Assembly: GCA_017962365.1 (NCBI GenBank)
Contig: JAGCVL010000006.1
Location: 769-64,768, forward strand
Source: Candidatus Saccharimonadota bacterium
GTDB lineage: Bacteria; Patescibacteriota; Saccharimonadia; Saccharimonadales; Saccharimonadaceae
Length of the DNA stretch: 64,000 bases
Direction of reading: 5' to 3'
Every line of letters starts with the position of its first letter. The stretch's first letter is position 1. The notes under the pieces were generated by a model. The model made no database searches. It was not told where the DNA came from and saw nothing but the letters and a program-made list of their open reading frames with translations. The position numbers were made by a program, and so were the translations under genes. Shown here one piece after another: positions 44,828 to 52,780 of this stretch.

Positions 44828-45123
44828 GGCCCTCTAACGCTTCTCTTTCTATACCGGGAGAGACCCCGGAGCGTAAGCCCACCTCACACAAATTGGGGCC
44901 CGCCGGTTAGAGGGATTGCTAAGCCTTCGAAATTGAGTCCTTTCAAAGTGGAGGTAATACTTATAAACAACAAACCATGAAGAAATTTATTGTCCGAAAG
45001 GGTTTCAAAAGCTCGCAATTTCTGCTATACTAGTAAAGTATAGCGAAATTATAACTTATTTAGGTGCGGTGTGATATGCTTTTTGCATATCAACTGTCCT
45101 TATTATATCACAGGAGAAAAAAT

Positions 45124-46050
45124 ATGTCAACACTTTTTTCATACTTTTTTGAAAAAATCAACCAAATTGCACCCCTGGAGAGTGATTTTACAGAGGTGTT
45201 AGAGTCCATTGCGGTTAAGCCTAAAACATTGTATTATTATGGAAAAATGCCAGAAAATGTGGTAAAAAATGGGGTTTTAACGCGGCCGAAGACGGTGGCG
45301 ATTGTGGGGTCGAGGCATAATACGAAATATGGGGAGGAAGTGGCATATAAATTAGGGTATGGACTGGGAAAACGAGGTGTAGTGGTGGTGTCGGGGCTAG
45401 CTTTTGGGATTGACTCAATTGGGCATCGGGGGTGTCTGGATGCAGGTGGGGTGACGGTGGCAGTTCTGGGGACGAGGATAGACAAGATTTATCCGAAGGC
45501 GCACACGGCGCTCGCAAAGGAGATTATAGAGAAGGGTGGGGTGGTGATGAGTGAATATGGCATATCTGACAATCTGGTCGCGAAAGTGAGTTTTTTAGAG
45601 AGAAATCGGATTATCGCGGGGCTAGCTGACGTGGTGGTGATAGTGGAGGCGGCGGAGCAGTCGGGGTCCCTCAATACGGCGGCGCATGCTTTGGCACAGG
45701 GGCGGGAGGTGTTTGCAGTGCCGGGGAATATTACGAGTCCGTATTCCAGGGGGTGCAATAAGCTGATTTCTCAGGGTGCGATTCCGTATACTGAGCCAGA
45801 TGATGTACTAAGAGTGCTTTTTCCGGAGGAGTTTTTGAAGAAGCGGAAGAAGCTAAAGCAGATGGATTTATTTGGGGATACAGATGCCGAGACAGCGGTG
45901 CTTACGGCGATGGCGGCGGGCATGAGGAGTGGGGATGACATTATGAAGTGTGCGCTTTTGCCACCAGAAGTGTTTAATCAGGCGATTACGATGCTCGAGA
46001 TAAAGGGGCGGGTGAGGGCGCTTTCGATGAACAATTGGAGTTTGGCGTAA
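45124..46050 (+). CDS. dprA: DNA-processing protein DprA/Smf
   Basis: VAIVGSRHNTKYG, SGLAFGIDSIGHRG and QSGSLNTA are present. The ATG at 45124 follows a CAGGAGA SD. Confidence 0.85.
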   Translation: MSTLFSYFFEKINQIAPLESDFTEVLESIAVKPKTLYYYGKMPENVVKNGVLTRPKTVAIVGSRHNTKYGEEVAYKLGYGLGKRGVVVVSGLAFGIDSIGHRGCLDAGGVTVAVLGTRIDKIYPKAHTALAKEIIEKGGVVMSEYGISDNLVAKVSFLERNRIIAGLADVVVIVEAAEQSGSLNTAAHALAQGREVFAVPGNITSPYSRGCNKLISQGAIPYTEPDDVLRVLFPEEFLKKRKKLKQMDLFGDTDAETAVLTAMAAGMRSGDDIMKCALLPPEVFNQAITMLEIKGRVRALSMNNWSLA

Positions 46051-46100
46051 CTAATGCTTATTTTGCGGTAATGTTTGACTGATGTGGTATTATTATATAT

Positions 46101-48368
46101 ATGGCTAAGAATTTGGTAATAGTAGAGAGCCCGGCGAAGGCGCATACGATCGAGAAGTATCTCGGGTCGGATTTTAAGGTGCTGGCGAGTGTGGGGCATA
46201 TTCGGAAAGATACGAAGGTTGATAAAAATACTTTTGATGTGACATATGAGATTGATCCGGGGCATAAGTCTATTATTACGGAGCTAAAGCGTGAGGTGAA
46301 GGCGGCGGACAAGATATGGCTCGCGACGGATGAAGACCGTGAGGGTGAGTCGATTTCGTGGCATCTTTTGGAGGTGCTAGGGTTGCCTGGGGATACGGCG
46401 CGGATTACTTTTCATGAGATTACGAAGCCGGCGCTTGAGGCGGCAATCCTAAATCCTAGAGCGGTTGATATGAATATGGTATCTTCGCAGCAGGCGAGGC
46501 AGACGCTTGATATGCTGGTGGGGTATGATTTGTCGGACATAGTGCGACGAAAGGTGCCGGGGGCGATTTCGGCGGGGCGGGTGCAGTCGCCGGCGCTGAG
46601 GCTCGTAGTGGAGCGAGAAAAAGAGATTGAGAAGTTTGAGAGTAAGTTTAGTTTTAAGATTTCTGGTGAGTTTATATCGGGTGCGAGTTCGATTTTCTTA
46701 GCTTCCTATGATGGAAAAGCGCCGGAAAACGAGGATGACGTAAAAGATTTACTCGCAAAACTGTCAAATGAAGAATTTACGGTGATGGATGTTGAGGAGG
46801 CGGAGGGGGTGAAGCCGAATCCGGTGCCGTTTACTACGGCGGCGCTTCAGATTGAGGCAAATGCGAAGCTTGGGTTTTCGTCGCGGACGACGATGAGCGC
46901 GGCACAGGGGCTTTATCAAGCCGGGTTGATTACATATCATAGGACAGATTCTTTGAATTTGTCTTCGCAGGCAGTGGCGGCGATGGCTGGATATATCAAA
47001 GCAAATTTTAGTGAGCAATATTTGAAGACAAGGCATTTTAAGACGAAGGATGCTTCGGCGCAAGAGGCACATGAGGCGATTCGTCCGACGGATATTACAC
47101 GGACGGCGGCTGGTAAGAATGATTTTGAGAAGAGGCTTTATCAGTTGATTTGGGCGCGGACGCTGGCGACCCAGATGGCAAATGCCAAGGTGGCGAAGAC
47201 GATGATTCGCTTGAGTCATGATTTCGTGGCGAAGGGCGAAGTGGTGGTGTTTGACGGTTTTTTGAAAGTTTATGGGAAGAGTAAGGATTTGGAGCTTCCG
47301 AGAGTAGCTAAAGGCGACGAAATGGAGTGCTTGAAGCTAACCGCGAAGCAGACTTTTGCGAAACCACCAGCAAGATATACCGAGGGGTCACTAGTGAAGA
47401 AGCTCGAGGAGCTCGGTATTGGACGGCCATCTACGTATGCCTCGATTATGACGGCGATTCAGGCGCGAAATTATGTAGAAAAGGGTGAGTCGGAAGGCTC
47501 TGAGCGCGAAGTGGTAGAGTTTGTGGCGGAAAAAGGCAATGTAGAGCGAACTTTGGTGAAAGAAAAATTTGGCGCGAATAAAGGAAAATTGATGCCGACG
47601 CCGATTGGCGAGTTGGTGTCTGGATTCCTCACGGATAATTTTAAAAATATTGTGGATTATAAATTTACGGCAAATATTGAGAAAGATTTGGACCTCGTGG
47701 CAGCAGCGAAGCTGGAACGGGTGAAGATGTTGAAAGATTTTTATGGGCCATTTCGCGATACGGTACTAACGGCAAATGGAGTAGAAAGATACAATAACGC
47801 TCGGCTACTTGGTCATCATCCTGAAAATGGCAAGCCGATTTATGCGAAAGTTGGAAAGACTGGCGGATTTATCCAGCTAGGCGACAATGAAAAAGAGGCG
47901 GGCGAGAAGCCGCAATTTGCGCCACTTCCAAAACGAAAATCTGCGAAGACGGTGACCCTGGAGCAGGCTTTGAAGCAGCTGGCTCTACCTGCACTTCCGA
48001 GAAATCTCGGCAAGGCTCCGGATGGGGCGGAGATTATCGCGGCGAATGGGCCGTTTGGGCCGTATCTTAAAGGTGGTAAATATAATATACCAATTAAGGA
48101 TTTTGACCCATATACGATAAGTTTGGAAGAGGCGCTACCGCTTTATCAGAAAAAAGTGGATTCGATGATTGCGGACTGGGGCGAAGTGCAGATTATTAAT
48201 GGTGCGTATGGGCCATACGTGAAAGGTCCTGGACGGCGCAATAATGTAAAAATTCCAAAAGATGTAGATCCAAAGACCGTGACTGAGGCACAGGCACGGG
48301 AAATGTTAGCAAATAAACCAAAAACAGCTTCGAAAACGAGGCGGGGAGCGAGAGGTAAACGAAAATGA
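46101..48368 (+). CDS. topA: DNA topoisomerase I
   Basis: It has the Toprim motifs LVIVESPAKA and ATDEDREGE and the catalytic Tyr region ITYHRTDS. The basic C-terminus lacks obvious Cys4 zinc ribbons. Confidence 0.95.
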   Translation: MAKNLVIVESPAKAHTIEKYLGSDFKVLASVGHIRKDTKVDKNTFDVTYEIDPGHKSIITELKREVKAADKIWLATDEDREGESISWHLLEVLGLPGDTARITFHEITKPALEAAILNPRAVDMNMVSSQQARQTLDMLVGYDLSDIVRRKVPGAISAGRVQSPALRLVVEREKEIEKFESKFSFKISGEFISGASSIFLASYDGKAPENEDDVKDLLAKLSNEEFTVMDVEEAEGVKPNPVPFTTAALQIEANAKLGFSSRTTMSAAQGLYQAGLITYHRTDSLNLSSQAVAAMAGYIKANFSEQYLKTRHFKTKDASAQEAHEAIRPTDITRTAAGKNDFEKRLYQLIWARTLATQMANAKVAKTMIRLSHDFVAKGEVVVFDGFLKVYGKSKDLELPRVAKGDEMECLKLTAKQTFAKPPARYTEGSLVKKLEELGIGRPSTYASIMTAIQARNYVEKGESEGSEREVVEFVAEKGNVERTLVKEKFGANKGKLMPTPIGELVSGFLTDNFKNIVDYKFTANIEKDLDLVAAAKLERVKMLKDFYGPFRDTVLTANGVERYNNARLLGHHPENGKPIYAKVGKTGGFIQLGDNEKEAGEKPQFAPLPKRKSAKTVTLEQALKQLALPALPRNLGKAPDGAEIIAANGPFGPYLKGGKYNIPIKDFDPYTISLEEALPLYQKKVDSMIADWGEVQIINGAYGPYVKGPGRRNNVKIPKDVDPKTVTEAQAREMLANKPKTASKTRRGARGKRK

Positions 48369-48802
48369 TGCCGACACAAGCACAGATCGTGGTGATACAA
48401 GATAGATGTGATGCGATACATGAAGAGCTTAAAGTTTTGCAGCGGAATGATTCCAGGGCGCGGGTGTACCTCGGGCGGTATTATGAGACGATTTTAAATC
48501 GTTTTATCACACCTTTGAATGTGAGGCTGGTGGAAAATAATTTATCATCTACGAGTTTTATTAATAATCAGAATGATTTTAATAAGGCGCGGACGAATTT
48601 TATGATTGATTATGTGGAATATCAGAAGGGGCTAGAGGATTTGGTGGCGACGGATTGCAAGGAAAATCCAGAGCAGTTTTATGAAAAATTGGTCGATGTG
48701 CGGACGAAACGCGCGACGGTTGCAGATGATACGGCGAGACTTAGAAAGTTAGCTGGAAGACATCTGGATCTTGTAAAAGAATTGAAAGTGAGTGGACTAT
48801 GA
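48365..48802 (+). CDS. Hypothetical helical protein (145 aa), translationally coupled to topA
   Basis: There is an ATGA overlap with the topA stop. No family was recognised. Confidence 0.5.
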   Translation: MMPTQAQIVVIQDRCDAIHEELKVLQRNDSRARVYLGRYYETILNRFITPLNVRLVENNLSSTSFINNQNDFNKARTNFMIDYVEYQKGLEDLVATDCKENPEQFYEKLVDVRTKRATVADDTARLRKLAGRHLDLVKELKVSGL

Positions 48803-49134
48803 CAAAAGGCGGCAAAAATTTAGTAATACTCGGCGTGGCTTCTGTGGTAGTAGCGATTGCGACGACTAGTGCATCGCTTGCGATTTATCATAATTCGGGG
48901 GATATTTATCTAGATCGTTCGCGCCCAGGGTATTTACCAGACAAGGAAGAGATAGAAGAGGAGCCGGTGGAGGAAGATTATTCTTTGGAGAAGAGTGGTC
49001 TGGTGACAGAGCAGGTGATAGACGAATATTTAAAGGCCTACGAGATAGAGCTTGAGGCGATGGACTCTTATAAGGAGCCATTTACGTCTGACGCGCTTAG
49101 CGATGAAAAGTTGGGAATACCAGCGGCGGAATAG
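48799..49134 (+). CDS. Hypothetical single-pass membrane protein (111 aa)
   Basis: It overlaps the previous stop by 4 nt and has the TM helix LVILGVASVVVAIATTSASLAIY. Confidence 0.5.
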   Translation: MTKGGKNLVILGVASVVVAIATTSASLAIYHNSGDIYLDRSRPGYLPDKEEIEEEPVEEDYSLEKSGLVTEQVIDEYLKAYEIELEAMDSYKEPFTSDALSDEKLGIPAAE

Positions 49135-49206
49135 TGGCCTGGTAGCTATATTTTATTGATTTGGTCGACTTATGATATAATGGTAAAAAATAAGCGAGGA
49201 TTTTGT

Positions 49207-50043
49207 ATGACTGCAAAAATTACGAAAGCGATTATTCCAGTAGCTGGATGGGGGACGAGAAGACTTCCGATTACGAAGGTGATTGAAAAATCAATGCTTC
49301 CGGTAGGAAACCGACCTTTGGTGGATTATTCGGTGCAGGAGCTGATAAAAGCCGGCGTGAAAGATATTTATATGGTGGTGTCCAATGTGGAGCCGTGCCA
49401 AGTGAGGGCGTTTTATCAGGACAATTTGGCGCTCAATCGGTATTTGGTAGATAGGGGTAAAGAAGATAAGCTCGAGAAGGCAAAGACTTTGCCGGATGAT
49501 GTGAGAATGCATTATGTGGCGCAGGATCCATCGGCAAAATATGGTACGGCGGTGCCGATTGCAATGGTGGTGGAAGAATTTAAGATTGACGAACCGGTAT
49601 TGGTGTTTATGGGTGATGATTTTATTTGGAACCCAGGTGGTGAGTCGGCGGCGGAGGCGCTAGTTAAGGCTTCTGGCGGTACAGAGGCGGCGATTTTGGG
49701 CGTAGAAATTCCAAAATCTGAAGTAGAAAAATATGGCGTGTTGTCGGTAGAAGACGGTAAACTTTCTTCGGTAGTGGAAAAGCCGAAGCCGGAGAATGCG
49801 CCGTCAAATTTGATTAACGTATCAAAGTATGTAATGACGCCAGATCTTTTGAAGCGGATTGTGAAATATGTTAATGAGAATGATTTTGGCCCAACGGATC
49901 AAGAGTATATGGTGACGGACCCGATTGATGAATTCATTCGCGATGGTGGCGTGATGAAAGTGGCTGCTACGTCTGGGGAATACCTAGACGGTGGTTCAGT
50001 TGAGGGTTGGGTGCATGCAAATGAAGTTGTTTGCAAACAATAG
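49207..50043 (+). CDS. galU: UTP--glucose-1-phosphate uridylyltransferase-like nucleotidyltransferase
   Basis: AIIPVAGWGTRRLPITK...MLPV is present. The start is set at MTAKITK. Confidence 0.72.
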   Translation: MTAKITKAIIPVAGWGTRRLPITKVIEKSMLPVGNRPLVDYSVQELIKAGVKDIYMVVSNVEPCQVRAFYQDNLALNRYLVDRGKEDKLEKAKTLPDDVRMHYVAQDPSAKYGTAVPIAMVVEEFKIDEPVLVFMGDDFIWNPGGESAAEALVKASGGTEAAILGVEIPKSEVEKYGVLSVEDGKLSSVVEKPKPENAPSNLINVSKYVMTPDLLKRIVKYVNENDFGPTDQEYMVTDPIDEFIRDGGVMKVAATSGEYLDGGSVEGWVHANEVVCKQ

Positions 50044-50062
50044 TAAATAAAAAAATACAAAC

Positions 50063-50166
50063 GGTTCGCTCACGTCTGATTAAAAAAATAATTTCAGGCA
50101 GGGCTGTGCTGGTATTTCAGTACCATGCTCGCCCTGTGAAATTATTTTTTTAATCTGGTTCGCTCA
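50063..50166. mobile_element. MITE-like element: a ~78-bp near-perfect hairpin (50078-50155) flanked by the 10-bp direct repeat ggttcgctca. It probably also serves as a bidirectional terminator.
   Basis: The direct repeat is at 50063-50072 and 50157-50166. The arms gattaaaaaaataatttca (50078-50096) and tgaaattatttttttaatc (50137-50155) are perfect complements. Confidence 0.5.
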
Positions 50167-50179
50167 AAGTTTATATTTT

Positions 50180-51898
50180 TTATTTACTATTACTTTCTGC
50201 AAGTTCTTTTGCCATGCGTTCGAGTTTCCTAAAGTCGGTTTTGTTGGCGCGAGTTAGGGGGAGCTCGTCGAGGAAGACAACTTTCCTAGGGATCTCGTAA
50301 TCTTTTAAAGTGATTCTGCGTTTGCCAATATAGAAAGGCTCGGTGGCGTCTTTGGCGATTTTGCGACGAGTATCGTTGTTTTTGCCAATGCCGTCGTTTA
50401 GGACGACGAAAGCGCAGGAGACCCAGCCGAGTTTTTTATCTGGCATTTTGACGACATAGCAAGACTTGACGATTTCGTTTCTGGCGACTGCGGCGCGGAC
50501 GACCTCGTAGTAGACTTTAGCGGGGATAGTATTGATAAAGAAAGTAGCGCGACCAACAAGGGTAATGAAGCCGGTCTCGGAAACCGAGGCGAGGTCGCCG
50601 GTCGTGATGAAGCGTTTTTTCTTGATATATTTGAATTTTTCTTCGGTGAGTTCGGGGCGGTTAAAATAGCGAGAAAGGGTGTGTTTGCCGGAAACATGGA
50701 GGATGCCGGTCTGACCAAAGCTGAGTTCTTTGCCGGTTTCTGGGTCTATGACGGCGACATGTGCGCCGGGGACGACTCGTCCTACTGTGTCTGGGTGATA
50801 GGTGGAGCCGACAGCAACAGTGATGGAGCCGAGACATTCGCCGACGCCATAGCCGTTGCACATTTTAACGGTGGCACCGTGTTGCTTAAAGAATTCAGTA
50901 ATTTCTTCGGAGGCTTGTTTTTCAAGACGTTCGCCGCCAGAGATGCACATTTTGACACTTGAAAGATTTTGATCTTCTGGTAGGACTTTGGGGAGTAATT
51001 CATAGAAAAGCGGGACGGTTTGGAGGACACTAATGTCTTTACTTAGATAATATGGAAAATTATCTTCGGAGATGTCTGGCGTAAGAATGACAGAGCTACC
51101 ACCGATGATAGGCGTCATGACGGAAGTCCAAAAGCCGTAAGGGCAGTCGAATTTGACAAAGGAAAACCAGGTTTTGATGTTTTTGTCCCACATTTTAATG
51201 CCAGAGGCGGCTTTGGAGAAAAGAGCGGCGGCGATGAGGGCTTTGTTGGTGAAAACCATAGGCTTTGGACCGGAGGTGGAGCCAGAAGTGAAAGTGATAA
51301 TAGCTTCGTTGTTGCCACCAAAAATATTTTTGGGAATGTGGCCTTTAAATTTCTCGGCGATTTTAGTGATAGGTTGTTTGCCAAGATGAATGTGGTCGAG
51401 AGCGGAAGTCTCAATAGCTTCGGTCTGAGTCTCATCTGGGTCACCGTGGTCTACAAAATAGCCGTCGAGATTGATGACGTTTTCGATGGACTTAGCGTCT
51501 TTTTTTAGCTCCTTGATGCGCTTGTCATTGTATTTATAGGTGACGACGAGTTTAGAATTGAATTCTTCAATGTAATGTAAGAGGACATCGCGAGGAGTTT
51601 TCTCGTCAAGAAAGCTAACGATGGCGCCGATTTTGTTGGCGGCGAGGAAAATCAGGACGTTTTCATACATGCTACGACCGGTGGCGACCAGGATGATGTC
51701 GCCTTTTTTAATGCTGAGCGCGAGAAAGGCTTTTGCAAGGATTTTGCGGTCGTGTTTTAACTCTTTTCTGGTGAAATCGAATTCTTTCTGATTAACGACT
51801 GTATTGTTCCAGTGGCGGAAACTTGATAGATTATAAAGCGCTGAAATACTTAGTGGTGGAACGATGGGGTCTTTTTTTTGATTCTTGATTTTTAGCAT
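50180..51898 (-). CDS. AMP-dependent synthetase/ligase (acyl-CoA synthetase-like)
   Basis: It has the AMP-binding motif FTSGSTSGPKP, TGD and a C-terminal lysine region. Confidence 0.75.
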   Translation of the reverse strand: MLKIKNQKKDPIVPPLSISALYNLSSFRHWNNTVVNQKEFDFTRKELKHDRKILAKAFLALSIKKGDIILVATGRSMYENVLIFLAANKIGAIVSFLDEKTPRDVLLHYIEEFNSKLVVTYKYNDKRIKELKKDAKSIENVINLDGYFVDHGDPDETQTEAIETSALDHIHLGKQPITKIAEKFKGHIPKNIFGGNNEAIITFTSGSTSGPKPMVFTNKALIAAALFSKAASGIKMWDKNIKTWFSFVKFDCPYGFWTSVMTPIIGGSSVILTPDISEDNFPYYLSKDISVLQTVPLFYELLPKVLPEDQNLSSVKMCISGGERLEKQASEEITEFFKQHGATVKMCNGYGVGECLGSITVAVGSTYHPDTVGRVVPGAHVAVIDPETGKELSFGQTGILHVSGKHTLSRYFNRPELTEEKFKYIKKKRFITTGDLASVSETGFITLVGRATFFINTIPAKVYYEVVRAAVARNEIVKSCYVVKMPDKKLGWVSCAFVVLNDGIGKNNDTRRKIAKDATEPFYIGKRRITLKDYEIPRKVVFLDELPLTRANKTDFRKLERMAKELAESNSK

Positions 51899-51987
51899 AT
51901 TATCTCCGATTTAAAATGTACAGGACCATTTTAACATATTTGTGGTATAATAATAAGCATAAGCATAATTTTTGAAAGGAAAATAAA

Positions 51988-52668
51988 ATGGAACAAGGAA
52001 ATGGTGTGGGGGCTGGTCAGACGGGGGTCGTCGGTGGTGCTAATCCGATGGGGGCTGAGCAGGTAGTATCAGAGCAGGTGACGGTGGCGCAGGTAGAGCC
52101 AGCGGCGCCAGTAACTCCAGTAGAGCCAGTGGCTCCTGGGTCTATGGTGGCAGAGCCGAAAGCATCAAAGAAGGGTCACGGAATGGCGATTGGGCTAATT
52201 TTCTGTCTTTTGCTTGCGGCTGGTGGGGTCGGCTTTGGTGTCTGGGCGTGGATGGATGGAAATACGCAGAAGGATGCGCTGAATTCGCAGATTAATACTT
52301 TGAAAAAACAAAATAGCGATTTATTGAGCCAGATATCAGAGTTAAACGAAAAAATTGCGGAACTTGAGAATGACGATGCGGATGAGGCGGTGCCGGAGAA
52401 TGGAAATGCCGATAGTGGCGAGAGTACGAGCAACAATAATACTTCCGTGATAAGGGGCGAGGTGGTCGATGGTGTATTTTATGTGAAAGACAGCAGTGGT
52501 AATATTTTGGCACAAAGTAGCAAAACCGATATTACCGAGGTGGTGTCTTGCGATAGCATAGAAAATGGTAGTGCCATGAAATGTTCCGTGACGGCTTCTG
52601 ATGGTAGTGGATGGTTTATTTACAATGTGTCAGAAAAGACTTTGACATCAAGCTTTGATGCGAATTAG
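51988..52668 (+). CDS. Hypothetical single-pass membrane protein with a coiled-coil (paralog of 32219-32881)
   Basis: It has a low-complexity N-terminus, a TM helix (AIGLIFCLLLAAGGVGFGVWAW) and the coiled-coil segment LNSQINTLKKQNSDLLSQISELNEKIAELE. Confidence 0.55.
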   Translation: MEQGNGVGAGQTGVVGGANPMGAEQVVSEQVTVAQVEPAAPVTPVEPVAPGSMVAEPKASKKGHGMAIGLIFCLLLAAGGVGFGVWAWMDGNTQKDALNSQINTLKKQNSDLLSQISELNEKIAELENDDADEAVPENGNADSGESTSNNNTSVIRGEVVDGVFYVKDSSGNILAQSSKTDITEVVSCDSIENGSAMKCSVTASDGSGWFIYNVSEKTLTSSFDAN

Positions 52669-52733
52669 GGTTTAATTGTAAAAACAATAACTCTATTCGG
52701 AAATCTAAGCTATAACAGATAGAATTTCATGAA

Positions 52734-52760
52734 TTAGCACTCTTGACTGAAGAGTGCTAA
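52734..52760. promoter_or_regulatory. CIRCE operator (HrcA binding site), an exact match to the consensus
   Basis: TTAGCACTC (52734-52742), a 9-nt spacer (ttgactgaa) and GAGTGCTAA (52752-52760). Confidence 0.85.
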
Positions 52761-52771
52761 TTTGCTACAAT
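52743..52771 (+). promoter_or_regulatory. clpC promoter TTGACT-17-TGcTACAAT; the -35 box lies inside the CIRCE spacer
   Basis: The -35 box is at 52743-52748 and the extended -10 at 52763-52771. The ATG is at 52781. Confidence 0.7.
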
Positions 52772-52780
52772 GAGGGTATT

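Noticed and set aside
44791-44900. Resemblance to RNase P RNA fragments (CAGGTAAGGGTG; CCCGGAGC.TAAGCC...AAAT.GGGG)
   Set aside because: The universally conserved P4 strands (GGAAAGTCCGG and ACAGAA.CCGGCTTA) are absent on either strand. The region is too short, and the first segment is explained more simply as the pth terminator.
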